A stretch of DNA of 64,000 nt from Polyangiales bacterium (GCA_038230375.1 JBBRNJ010000003.1:1-64000); one strand, 5' to 3'. Counted from the stretch's first letter, positions 1 to 9,093 are shown. The notes: generated by a model not told the origin, from the sequence alone. Numbers and translations: made by a program.

Positions 1-92
1 GCAACGCTGGCGACCCGAGTTTCTCTGCTTCTCTTTGTTGAGGCTTCCCATCCACTCTTAAGAAACGCGTTCGCCCAGCGGTAACGAACGGG

Positions 93-332
93 GAGCCACA
101 TCTGCAAATGCGCATCTCGGCGTGACCCGCTGGTGAACGCACGAGGCGCGGGTTCTTCGAGGAAAGCGCGTTCTCCATCCCGCCCGTGAGAGACAGACGA
201 GGGCGCCAGGGGTATTTCCGGGTGTGCTCGGGCGCGTTCTCAGCCCAGATCTGACCATGGAGAATGGAGAATGCGACCCAGCGGTTAACGGCTGCTAACC
301 CCTGGGTCGGCGGGCTGACCCGGTGGTTAGCA
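93..332. repeat. Conserved ~240-bp non-coding element, copy 1, containing multiple GACCC-N3-GGTTAGC-type boxes
   Basis: Shares the blocks GAGCCACATCTGCAAA, GTGACYCGYTGGTGAAC, GGTGTGCYCG..GCGTTCTC, CATGGAGAATGGAGAA and a triple box (275-289 +, 294-308 -, 317-331 +) with 6236-6459. Confidence 0.85.
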
Positions 333-382
333 GGCGGCCGGGCAATCGGCCGCGCCCATGTGGTAGGCCTCCCGGCAGGCGG

Positions 383-1210
383 ATGATCGAGCGCGCGTAC
401 ATCCACGTGACGGGACCGGAGGGCTCGGGGAAGACGACCCTGATCGAGGCGACCCTCGGCGCGTTCGACGGTCCCGCGATCACCGTGCGCTGTCGGCGCG
501 ACGATGACCTCGACGAGTCCGTCGAGTCCGCGCCAGCGCGCGACGCCGAGCTGCGGCGCTATCGCGAAAACGGCGCGTCCGGTGTGGCGCGCTTCGCCTT
601 CCCCGCCGAGGCGGAGGACGGCGACGGCTTCTTCTGCAGCAAGGTCATGAGCGACTACTCGAAGGCCGTCCTCATCGAGGGCGACTGCCCGGTCGAGTAC
701 GTCGACCTCGAGGTGTTCGTCGCGCCGCCGCTCCCTGCCGACAGCTCGCTTCTCCGACGGACCAAGCGGCGCACGCCGGCGGTGGCCGCGCATGCGCTCG
801 AGGAGATCCTGCTCGGAGTCGGAGGCCACCCCGCGATCGCAGCGTTCGCCGGGAGTCGAGCGCGAGAGGCCATCGGAAAAGCCGCCGCGATCTATGGGGA
901 TAGCTTCGCCGCCAAGGGGCATGCGCACGGGCACTGGGAGCTGGCGCCGACGCACCAAGGTCTGGAGCGCGCCGGCCTCGTCGTCGTCAACGTGCGCGCG
1001 CGGGGCGATCGCGCTGCGGCGGAGCGGATGCTCGACGAGATCGCCCGGATCCGCAGCGACGAAGACGTTCGCGCCGCTGTTCTGGGCCGATTCGCTCACC
1101 GCACGAAGGTCACCGCCGTTGTGGCGGACCTGTCCGATCCAAAGGATGCCGGCACCAAAAAGGCGCTCGCACGCATCAAGCGTGCGCTCGCGCAAGGAGG
1201 CCGACCGTGA
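383..1210 (+). CDS. P-loop NTPase (MobB/GTPase-like), function unknown
   Basis: Walker A GPEGSGKTT at the N-terminus; ATG at 383; stop overlaps the next start. Confidence 0.7.
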   Translation: MIERAYIHVTGPEGSGKTTLIEATLGAFDGPAITVRCRRDDDLDESVESAPARDAELRRYRENGASGVARFAFPAEAEDGDGFFCSKVMSDYSKAVLIEGDCPVEYVDLEVFVAPPLPADSSLLRRTKRRTPAVAAHALEEILLGVGGHPAIAAFAGSRAREAIGKAAAIYGDSFAAKGHAHGHWELAPTHQGLERAGLVVVNVRARGDRAAAERMLDEIARIRSDEDVRAAVLGRFAHRTKVTAVVADLSDPKDAGTKKALARIKRALAQGGRP

Positions 1211-1557
1211 CCCCGAAGAAGAAGGTGGCCAAGAAGGCAACGAGCCGCATCTCCAAGGCGCGGCTCGCCGAGATGATCGAGGAGGCGACCGTCGACGCCT
1301 ACGACGAATCCGAGCAGGCCACGGGCTGGTTCACGATGCTCGAGGACAACCTCCAGCTGCCGTTCGAGACCGAGGTACTCGGCGTGCCGGTCCGCGTCAC
1401 GCGCATCGATCAACAAGACGACGATCGGCTCGTGGCGATCTGCGTGCGCGGCCGAGACGAGCAAGCGATCGGGCTCGTTGACATGCCGCTGCCGACACCG
1501 ATGCCGCTGGGAGCGGAGTGGATCGAGGCCTACCGACTTTGGCGCGGTGGGCGATGA
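1207..1557 (+). CDS. CcbP-like (calcium-binding family) small protein, paralog 1
   Basis: MIEEATVDAYDESEQATGW...L.LPF...IEAYRLW motif; close paralog at 11149-11529. Confidence 0.7.
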   Translation: MTPKKKVAKKATSRISKARLAEMIEEATVDAYDESEQATGWFTMLEDNLQLPFETEVLGVPVRVTRIDQQDDDRLVAICVRGRDEQAIGLVDMPLPTPMPLGAEWIEAYRLWRGGR

Positions 1558-2288
1558 CCGCACCGAAGAAGAAGGCGCGCGGCGGGCACGCGACGGCAGT
1601 GAGGTCGGTTCCGGAGATCGACCGCGCCAAGCTTCGCGACGCCCTTCGAACCATCGGCGACGAGTCCGTTTTCTACATGCTCGACGAGGCCGTCGACTTG
1701 CTGCCGCCGGACAAGCTCGCGAGGCTGGTTGGCCAGTACATTCAGCTCGAGCGCCTCCGTCCGGACGCCGGGGCGATCGCCAAGCGGTCGTTGCTCGAGG
1801 GCGTGAAGGCCTTCGACACGGCGAGTCGCGCCGGGAAGTACTACGTGAGCTTCAACGTCAACTCGAAGAATTACATGGAAGCGTCGACGGGCACACGCGC
1901 GTTCATCGCCGAGTGCCGCCGGCAGCTCGATCGCTGCGTCGCGCAAGCGGGCAAGGGCGAGGCGGCCGAGACGCGTGAGGCGTTCGACGTCATCTTCGCG
2001 CTGCTGAGGCACGTCGACGAGGGGAACGACGACATCGTCTTCTTCGCCGACGAGGGCGGATCGTGGCAGGTCGGCATCGATTGGCGGAAGGTCTTCCCGG
2101 CCTGGTTTGGCTGCCTCTCCCAGAGCGCAAAGCCTGAGGACTTCGCGAACTCCGTCGTCACCACCGTCGACGCGTTCGAGGAGCATTCCCGAGGCACGTA
2201 CTTCACGGCGGCGAAGAAGATCGCGACGGCGTCGCAAGGCAAAGCCCTCGACGGACGCGTGGCGGCAAGCCGCGCGCGGCGACATTGA
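1554..2288 (+). CDS. Conserved hypothetical protein
   Basis: ATGA overlap with the upstream stop; globular composition (GKYYVSFNVNSKN, IVFFADEGGSWQVGIDW). Confidence 0.7.
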   Translation: MTAPKKKARGGHATAVRSVPEIDRAKLRDALRTIGDESVFYMLDEAVDLLPPDKLARLVGQYIQLERLRPDAGAIAKRSLLEGVKAFDTASRAGKYYVSFNVNSKNYMEASTGTRAFIAECRRQLDRCVAQAGKGEAAETREAFDVIFALLRHVDEGNDDIVFFADEGGSWQVGIDWRKVFPAWFGCLSQSAKPEDFANSVVTTVDAFEEHSRGTYFTAAKKIATASQGKALDGRVAASRARRH

Positions 2289-2292
2289 CCGT

Positions 2293-3393
2293 TCAGGTAG
2301 CGTCGACCGTGGCGCTCGCCCGGTTCCACCCCTCGATCCAGTTCGTAGCGCCTTCCTCGTCGACGACGAGCGCGACGGCGCTCCGCGACGCGTCCCAGCG
2401 GATCTCGCGGCACAGCGATACGAGCACCCGACGGCGATTCCGGAGCATCAGCGCGTCCCACGCGCGCGTGATCTCGACGAAGGTCGCGCGGACGTGCTCG
2501 GGCATGCCCGGCGGCGAGGTCGCGAAGAGCTTCGGTACGTATCCCTCGATCACGCGCGCCGCGACCTGCGAGCTCGGACACGGCGACGGCCCGCGGCATC
2601 GGTAGTAGCGGGTGCCCGTTTCGGGTTGATGCGGCGCGTTCCATTGCGGCCTCGCGACCTTTCCCGTGGACGACGTCGTCATCCGCCTCCCGCACCCCAC
2701 GCAGACCGCCCCCCAGCGACCTGTCTTTCCGTTCTTGTCGACGGTGCCCACCTCGTTCGCGCGCGCGGCGATCGCGGCCGGGAGCGCGCCATCCGCTGCA
2801 TCCGCGAACATCCGGCGTACGATCTCGGCTTCTTCCTGGGCGACGACGAGCTGCCTCGTCGCGGGATCGGCGACATAGCCGAGCGGCAGCTGACCGGCGA
2901 CGCGGAGCCCACGCGCGCGCCTGGCTGCACGCGCGTCTCGAAGGCGCTCGGCGATCATGTCGCGCTCGAACTCCGCGAAGATCGCGAGCGTGTTGAGGCG
3001 CAGCTGCGTGATCGCGTCGTTGGTGCCGTGGAGATCGCCCTGGACGACGCTGATCGCGACTCCGTGGGCGCGGAACGCGTGCTGGATGCGCGCCCAGTCG
3101 AGGACGCGGCGCGTGAGGCGATCGAGCCGATGCACGCCGACGCGATCGATTCGCCTCTCGGCGATGGCGTCGACGAGGCGATCGAGCGCGGGTCGGTCGG
3201 TGGTCGCTCCGCTCTCGCCTTCGTCGTCGAAATGGTCGAGCACCGGCGTCCAGCGGAGGTGCGTGTTCGAGGCGATGAGGCCGAGGCAGGCGGCACGCTG
3301 GAGGGCGCACGAGGCGAGCGTCGCGTCGCGCCCGGGACGGGCGACGGACTGGCGCGTGTAGATCGCGCAGCGGACGAGGAACGACCCGGGCAT
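2293..3393 (-). CDS. Large serine recombinase (resolvase domain + partial recombinase domain + Zn ribbon); appears internally deleted
   Basis: CAIYTRQS catalytic Ser, DEGESG, RPAL, RLDRLTR, FAEFER, PLGY, CVGC/YYRC; lacks the LRNPTYVG...HAAVVS segment present in the 7091-7683 copy. Confidence 0.85.
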   Translation of the reverse strand: MPGSFLVRCAIYTRQSVARPGRDATLASCALQRAACLGLIASNTHLRWTPVLDHFDDEGESGATTDRPALDRLVDAIAERRIDRVGVHRLDRLTRRVLDWARIQHAFRAHGVAISVVQGDLHGTNDAITQLRLNTLAIFAEFERDMIAERLRDARAARRARGLRVAGQLPLGYVADPATRQLVVAQEEAEIVRRMFADAADGALPAAIAARANEVGTVDKNGKTGRWGAVCVGCGRRMTTSSTGKVARPQWNAPHQPETGTRYYRCRGPSPCPSSQVAARVIEGYVPKLFATSPPGMPEHVRATFVEITRAWDALMLRNRRRVLVSLCREIRWDASRSAVALVVDEEGATNWIEGWNRASATVDAT

Positions 3394-3572
3394 GCGGGCG
3401 TCGAGGGTAGCGCAAGGGTGTACGTCGGCATGGGGGTCCTTCCGGCAAAGCAGCGGGCACCTCCAAAGGGGACACCGCGGCGGTCGGCATGAACGCTCCA
3501 CGTGCGGGGAAGCGGAACCGGCGCTAGGAACGTCCTCGTTACTAGCCGGAGGCCTTGGCCAAGTCTGCTTGC

Positions 3573-4281
3573 CTACGGCTTGGCGGAGGTCCGTTCGAGA
3601 CTCCGCAGCCACGCGACGGTTGACGCCGCGCGCGCCTGGCCCGCCGCATCGCCTTCGAAGTGACCCCAGATGGCCTCGAGGAACGCCTCTCGGGCGGCGA
3701 GGCCGGCGAGATCATCGCAAACGGCGCGAGCGACGCCGGAGCCCGCCGCCTCGACTTCAGCGCGGAGGTTCGGCAGGCCGGCGAGCACGGTGAGGAGGTC
3801 CTCGAGGTCGTGACTTTCGACGTAGTCACCACGCCCGCGCGAGTGGAACGCCTCCAGCTTCGTTGCGACGAAGTGGACGGGCGAGATCGCGAGGACCTCG
3901 AGATTGGGCGCGACGGAGTGCGCTTCCGCGGCGGCGATCGCCTCGGCGTACCACCGGTTCGTCGGTCCAAGCGCGGTCTCGGCAGATCCCATGACATCGA
4001 CGCGGATGCCGGAGACGACGAGCCGACAGAGCGGCGCGCCCTCGTCGGTGCGCGTGCCGAACCCGAGGGCACGCAGTCGCTCGACGAACGCGTAGTACGC
4101 GCCGAGTGTCGTCACGTCGACGATGCAGTCGACGTCGACCGTGGGTCTCACGTCCGCACCGCCCTCGAGCGGATAGAGGGCGACGACCGTGCCGCCCACG
4201 AACACAACGCGGCGGCGCTCATCGCCGAGCGCGGGCGACGGTCGCGATTGCTGCACGCGAGCTTTCCCGCCGCGAGATCAT
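3573..4281 (-). pseudogene. Nucleotidyltransferase (AbiEii-like) with a probable frameshift near the 5' end
   Basis: VFVGG...RPTVDVD NTase motif and ATKLEAF..RG...SHDLED; the coupled ATG at 4281 (MISRRESSRAAIATVAR) leaves the long frame (3573-4256) at ~4230. Confidence 0.7.
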
Positions 4282-4799
4282 GCCACGAGTCGCTTCTCGA
4301 GCTTGGTCCGCGCGAGAGCGCGTTCACGCGCGCGCCCGATGCGCAGCGTGTCCGCGAGAGCGAGCAGCTCGTGGAGCTTCGGATCCTCTGCGGCGGCGAG
4401 CGGCGCCGAAGGATAGAGCGGATCGATCACCCGCCCCCGGACGGTCGCGGCGGCGCCGGCGGCAAGCCACACCACCCGATCCTCGTCGCCAAGGCGAAGC
4501 TGATCGGCGAGCGGTCCCACGCTGAACGCCGTCGGCATGCCGTCGCCGATCAGGCCCAGCTGTGCCGGGAACACGTAGCGGAGGCCGGAGACGAGCAGCT
4601 CCTGGAGGCTCGCGCGAACGACCCGGCGCTCCGCCGGCTGGTACAGGTGGCAGGCGGCAAGTCGCTTCAGGCCGTGATTCACCTCGCCCGCGCTCACGTG
4701 GAGCGCGCGCGCGACGCCCGGCTGGGTCCACTCGGCGCGGCCGAGCGCGACGAGCTTGAGCGCGAGCACGAGGTCTTGGGGCTTGAGGTGGGCGGCCAT
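4278..4799 (-). CDS. HTH-containing partner of the NTase (AbiEi-like antitoxin/regulator)
   Basis: LKPQDLVLALKL..WTQPGVARALHVSAGEVNHGLKRL HTH and GLRYVFP..GMPTA; translationally coupled to the NTase. Confidence 0.75.
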   Translation of the reverse strand: MAAHLKPQDLVLALKLVALGRAEWTQPGVARALHVSAGEVNHGLKRLAACHLYQPAERRVVRASLQELLVSGLRYVFPAQLGLIGDGMPTAFSVGPLADQLRLGDEDRVVWLAAGAAATVRGRVIDPLYPSAPLAAAEDPKLHELLALADTLRIGRARERALARTKLEKRLVA

Positions 4800-4829
4800 G
4801 CGGCGTGACCCAAAGGTAGCGCGCCGTTC

Positions 4830-4845
4830 ACGATTTGCAAATCGT
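4830..4845. promoter_or_regulatory. Perfect 16-bp palindrome, putative operator
   Basis: ACGATTTGCAAATCGT in the divergent intergenic region. Confidence 0.6.
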
Positions 4846-4889
4846 ACGCGTCGTCGCTCTTGACGGAAGCTTTGGCGCGCCGCACACTG

Positions 4890-4908
4890 GTATCGGATTA
4901 TCCGATAC
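4890..4908. promoter_or_regulatory. 9-1-9 palindrome, putative operator
   Basis: GTATCGGAT-T-ATCCGATAC 11 bp before ATG 4920; a degenerate copy precedes the 11806 remnant. Confidence 0.65.
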
Positions 4909-4919
4909 GCGCCCTGCCC

Positions 4920-5459
4920 ATGCTGCCCCGCCCGACCATCGAAGCCTTCGACCGCCACCTGCTCGGGCTCGGCCTGCGCTTCGAGGGCGTCGTCATCGGC
5001 GGCTCGGCGCTCGGGCTCATGGGCATCATCCAGCGGCCGACACGCGACTTCGACGTCCTCGTGCCCGAGCTACCACCGGCGATCGCCGCGGCGGCGCGCG
5101 CATTCGCGAAGGCGCAGCGCGATGCCGGCCTCGACCTGCTCGACGAGTGGCTCAACAACGGTCCGATGCAGCTCGGCGACGTTCTGCCCGTCGGGTGGCG
5201 CGAGCGCGTGCAGCGAATCTTCGAAGGACAAGTCCTCGTGCTCAGCACCCTGGGCAGGCCCGATTTACTCAAGAGCAAGCTGTTCGCGCTCTGCGATCGC
5301 GGCACCGATCTGCCGGACTGCATTGCGCTCGCGCCGACCGCGGAGGAGCTTGCCGAGTGCGTGCCGTGGCTCGAGGTGCAGGACGGCAACGAGCTGTGGC
5401 CCGCGCACGTGCGTGCGACGGTCGCCGACCTCGCGCGGAGGCTCAGTCATGGCGTATAG
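4920..5459 (+). CDS. Nucleotidyltransferase (DUF6036/AbiEii-like)
   Basis: VVIGGSAL...RPTRDFDVL, WLNNGP, LLKSKL...DRGTDLPD motifs. Confidence 0.8.
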   Translation: MLPRPTIEAFDRHLLGLGLRFEGVVIGGSALGLMGIIQRPTRDFDVLVPELPPAIAAAARAFAKAQRDAGLDLLDEWLNNGPMQLGDVLPVGWRERVQRIFEGQVLVLSTLGRPDLLKSKLFALCDRGTDLPDCIALAPTAEELAECVPWLEVQDGNELWPAHVRATVADLARRLSHGV

Positions 5460-6144
5460 CCGCGCGACCTCCCCGGAGCCGACGCCCACCCCCGACGAGC
5501 TGACGGCGCGCATGGTGGGCATCGGGATGAACTTCGCGGCGAACGCAGAGGCCGACCCGGACATCGAGACCACGCTCATGCACGCCTCCGTCCTCGGCAT
5601 GGACGAAGGTGATCACCGCGTACTCGCCGTGCTGACCACGTGGCTCGGCGTCCATCACACGCACGTGAACGCTGACCGGCTCGTGCGGCTGGCGGGTATG
5701 CATCCGTCCGAACGGGTCCGCGCTTACTGGGCGGCCATCGCGACGTGGCTCAAGAAGGATCGTCGCCTCGCGCGACTAGCAGGCGCGTACGAGGGCGCGC
5801 CGGTCGACCTGCTGCCGACGGGGACCGAGTTCCAGGTCAAGCGACGCGGCGAGGATGAGCGCTTCACCGGATCGAAGCTGCGCGTGCCGAAGGGCACGCT
5901 CCGAGATCGCCGCGAGGACGTGCTCTCACCCGAGGTTCTGGTTCGACGTCACGCGGGCTACCGAAACCGCGTGCTCATGGGGCCATCGTTTCGCGCCGAC
6001 GTGTGGACGGCGCTCGAGCACGCGCCCGACCTGTCGATCGCCGACATCGCGCGGAAAGCCTCATGCTCGTTCGCTACCGCGTGGCAGGCGGCACAGGACT
6101 TCCGGCTGCTGCGCGCCGCCGGTTCGCCTGCGCCGCAGGGGTGA
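5449..6144 (+). CDS. Hypothetical protein with C-terminal HTH (partner of the NTase)
   Basis: Overlaps the NTase stop; C-terminal LSIADIARKASCSFATAW HTH. Confidence 0.7.
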   Translation: MAYSRATSPEPTPTPDELTARMVGIGMNFAANAEADPDIETTLMHASVLGMDEGDHRVLAVLTTWLGVHHTHVNADRLVRLAGMHPSERVRAYWAAIATWLKKDRRLARLAGAYEGAPVDLLPTGTEFQVKRRGEDERFTGSKLRVPKGTLRDRREDVLSPEVLVRRHAGYRNRVLMGPSFRADVWTALEHAPDLSIADIARKASCSFATAWQAAQDFRLLRAAGSPAPQG

Positions 6145-6459
6145 CCGACTGGTTAACAGGCGCAGCGGACGTCATTTCAGACACTTGCGCGATGCACTGC
6201 TAACCCGCGGGTCGCCCGTAAGGCAGACCGGAATTGAGCCACATCTGCAAACGCGCAGGCGCGTGTGACTCGTTGGTGAACTCACCTCCGGGCGGTTTCC
6301 GCGGGACCGCGGTGAGAGCCGAAAGCGCGCCGCGGAGGCTCGTTCGAGGTGTGCCCGAGGGCGTTCTCGCGGCTCTTTGGGGCATGGAGAATGGAGAAGC
6401 TGACCCACTGGTTTACTGCTGCTAACCGCTGGGTCGGCCCGGTGACCCGTCGGTTAGCA
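6143..6459. repeat. Conserved non-coding element, copy 2 (core 6236-6459), plus two extra boxes at 6143-6157 (+) and 6199-6213 (-)
   Basis: Colinear with 93-332; boxes at 6267-6281, 6402-6416, 6421-6435 (-) and 6444-6458. Confidence 0.85.
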
Positions 6460-6530
6460 AACCCTGCCCCCGACGATTCGAATCGCAGTAGAAGGCAGTA
6501 GAAGAAGGGGCCGCGAGGAGCGCGGCGAGC

Positions 6531-7092
6531 ATGGCTGCGAAGAAGAAGAAGCGGACGGGGGTGGAGTGGGTGGGGGGCCTCGTCTCGATGCCGGCCTACG
6601 TGACCGGCGAGGGCGAGCCGTATCGCCCCGAAGTGCTCCTCTGGATGAGCGGAGATGGCCTCGTCCTCGGGACGACGACGGCGAAGCCCGGCGAGGCGGT
6701 CGGCGAGGCGGCCGAGCATCTGCAAAGCACGATCGATCGACCGATGATCACCCGTCCCCATGCGCCCACGCGCGTGCGGGTCGCTTCGCCCACGCTCGCC
6801 GACGTGCTTCGCGCGGCGCACCCCGCCATCGAAATGGACGCGGACGCCGATACCAAGCAGACGTACCTCTCGGACGGCATCGGCGCGAACGCGGTCGCGT
6901 CGTTCTTTCGAGCCGCGGCGGATCTCTTTCGCGCGAAGCCGTGGGAGGTCGTGCCGAGTGACCAGGATGTCTTCTCCGTCACGATCGAGAAGCTCAATCT
7001 GCGTGACGCGGCGCTGTCCGTGATCGGCCAGATGGGCCAGAACTTGGGGCTCATTCTCTTCTCGGGCATCGACGACTTCGAGGCGTACCTCG
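6531..7092 (+). pseudogene. Truncated conserved hypothetical protein (paralog of 13440-14928), fused to antisense recombinase remnant
   Basis: EWVGG.V.MP, RVASPTLA, FRAAA.L.RA.PW and SVIGQMG shared with the 13440 copy; similarity ends at DFEAYLE where the recombinase remnant begins. Confidence 0.75.
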
Positions 7093-7683
7093 AGCGCGGC
7101 GCTCGTCCGGTTCCAACCCTCGATCCAGTTCGTGAGGCCTTCCTCGTCGACGACGAGCGCGACGGCGCTGCGCGACCCGTCCCAGCGGATCTCGCGGCAC
7201 AGCGACACGAGCACCCGGCGGCGGCTCCGGAGCATGAGTGCGTCCCACGCGCGCGAGACCTCGAGGAAGGTCGCGCGGATGTGCTCGGGCATGCCCGGCG
7301 GCGGGGTCACGAAGAGCCACGCGTTCGAAGAGCTCGCGCGAGACAACGGCGGCATGGACGCCCTGCGCGCCGTCGGCGAGGAGACCGACATACGTCGGAT
7401 TGCGAAGGATCCGGAGGACGGCCTTCGCCCCCCAACGACCTGTCTTTCCGTTCTTGTCGACGGTACCCACCTCGTTCGCGCGCGCCGTGATTGCAGCCGG
7501 GAGCGCGCCCTCCGCCGCATCGGCGAACATCCGGCGCACGGTCTCGGCTTCTTCCTGAGCGACGACGAGCTGCCTCGTCGCCGGATCGGCGAGATAGCCG
7601 AGCGGCAGCTGACCAGCGACGCCGCCGGGGAGGCAAAGCAGGAGACCGCAGCGAAGGGGACATCGGCCTCGCGCTTGCCTTAG
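7091..7683 (-). pseudogene. Serine recombinase remnant, copy 2
   Basis: Near-identical DNA to 2305-2525 and 2710-2900; has VAGQLPLGY...LRNPTYVG...HAAVVSRELF but no catalytic domain or Zn ribbon; frameshift at ~7318. Confidence 0.85.
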
Positions 7684-7705
7684 GGGTCGGCTAGTTTCGG
7701 GCGTC

Positions 7706-8251
7706 GTGGTCCGGAAGTCGCTCACACTCGTCAACGCCGAGCACAAGGCGCTCGTCGCAGGCATCGTCCCCCAGATCGAGGCGGGCCGCGCCGCGGCCGC
7801 GCGGTCGGTGAACTCGGTGATGACGACGACGTACTGGCACGTCGGCCGGGTCATCGTGGAACGCGAGCAGCAAGGCGCACGCCGTGCCGAATATGGCGCT
7901 GCCGTCCTTTTGCGCCTCGCCGAGACGCTGACCGGGCGCTTCGGTCGCGGCTTCTCGCGTCGCAACATCGAGCAAATGCGCGCGTTCTACCTGGCCTGGC
8001 CGATACCGCAGACGGCGTCTGCGATTTCGCCTGCCAGAAAAGCGCAGACAGTGTCTGCGCTTTCCGCCGCACGTTCGTTCGCGCTGCCTTGGTCCCACTA
8101 CGTCCGCCTGCTCGCTGTGAGCAACGCGAACGCCCGCGCGTTCTACGAGACCGAGGCGCTGCGCGGCGGTTGGACCATCCGGCAGCGTCTTCTCGCGCAC
8201 CGTTCGACGCCCGACTCGTCGCGAGCGGGTCGTACCAGGAAGAACGGATGA
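7706..8251 (+). pseudogene. YhcG/DUF1016 N-terminal domain only (PD-(D/E)XK nuclease part missing)
   Basis: YWHVGRVIVE.EQ.G..RAEYG, FGRGFSRRN...MR.FY, LPWSHY..LL, R.FYE.EA...W; the recognisable part ends at ~8190. Confidence 0.8.
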
Positions 8252-9093
8252 GCGAGCACCAGTGCTACGAGTTCGTCGCGCTCGACCGGCCCCTGACCTC
8301 GAAGGAGATGTCGGCGCTACGAGCCATCTCCTCGCGCGCGGAGATCACGTCGACGCGATTCTGGAACGAGTACCACTGGGGTGACCTGAAGGCAGACCCG
8401 GCGAAGCTCCTAGAGCGCTACTTCGACGCGCATCTGTACTTCGCGAGCTGGGGCACGCATCGGCTGATGCTTCGGCTTCCCAAAGGACACGTAGATGCGA
8501 AGACGCTACGCGCGTACATGAGCGGGCATGCAGGGTCCGCGAGGGTCGCAGGAAGCCACGTCGTGCTCGACTTCTGCACGGAGGATGAGGAGCGGCTCTA
8601 CGAAGACGACGATCCGGGCTCGCTCGCCGCGCTCACCCCCCTCCGCGCAGAGCTGATGCGCGGGGATCTCCGCGCCGCCTATCTTGCCTGGCTCCTCGCT
8701 GTCCAGCAGGGGCACGTCGCCGACAAGGAACGCGAGCCCCCGGTGCCGCCTGGCCTCGGCACACTCACCCCAGCGCAGGCCGCGCTGGTTGAGTTTTTGC
8801 GGATCGATCAAGACCTGCTCGCAGCGGCTGCGGCCGCGAGCGCGCAAGAGAAGGACGACTCCACCGACCTGCGCGCGTGGGTGCTCGCGCTCCCCGCTCG
8901 CGCAAAGGACCGATGGCTCGTGCGGGCGGTCCGGGAGCCAGCTCTCGCTCTGGGCGCCTCTCTCCATCATGAGTTCCGCAAGAAGTCGAAGCCGCCGCTG
9001 CGCGCGCAGAGCGCAGGTCGCCTCGCGGCCGACCTCCGTCAAGCCGCTGAAGCGCGCACGCCGAGGGCGCGACGGCGACGTGGGCTCCAATGA
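8248..9093 (+). CDS. Conserved hypothetical protein (MSE.Q.YEF.A.DRPL family)
   Basis: MSEHQCYEFVALDRPL...SSRA.IT...F.NEYHWGD...YFDAHLY.A.WG and GDLRAAYL.WL. Confidence 0.75.
   Translation: MSEHQCYEFVALDRPLTSKEMSALRAISSRAEITSTRFWNEYHWGDLKADPAKLLERYFDAHLYFASWGTHRLMLRLPKGHVDAKTLRAYMSGHAGSARVAGSHVVLDFCTEDEERLYEDDDPGSLAALTPLRAELMRGDLRAAYLAWLLAVQQGHVADKEREPPVPPGLGTLTPAQAALVEFLRIDQDLLAAAAAASAQEKDDSTDLRAWVLALPARAKDRWLVRAVREPALALGASLHHEFRKKSKPPLRAQSAGRLAADLRQAAEARTPRARRRRGLQ

Noticed and set aside
275..332. TGCTAAC...GTTAGCA as an integron attC site
   Set aside because: The span is only ~40 bp, shorter than typical attC sites; it is not placed after each gene and no tyrosine integrase is in the window. 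Kept as an unassigned box array instead.
1871..3492. Long antisense or alternate-frame ORFs throughout (e.g. 1871-3490, 46427-47962, 48630-50840, 54081-55535)
   Set aside because: Shadow ORFs typical of high-GC DNA, overlapping well-supported genes
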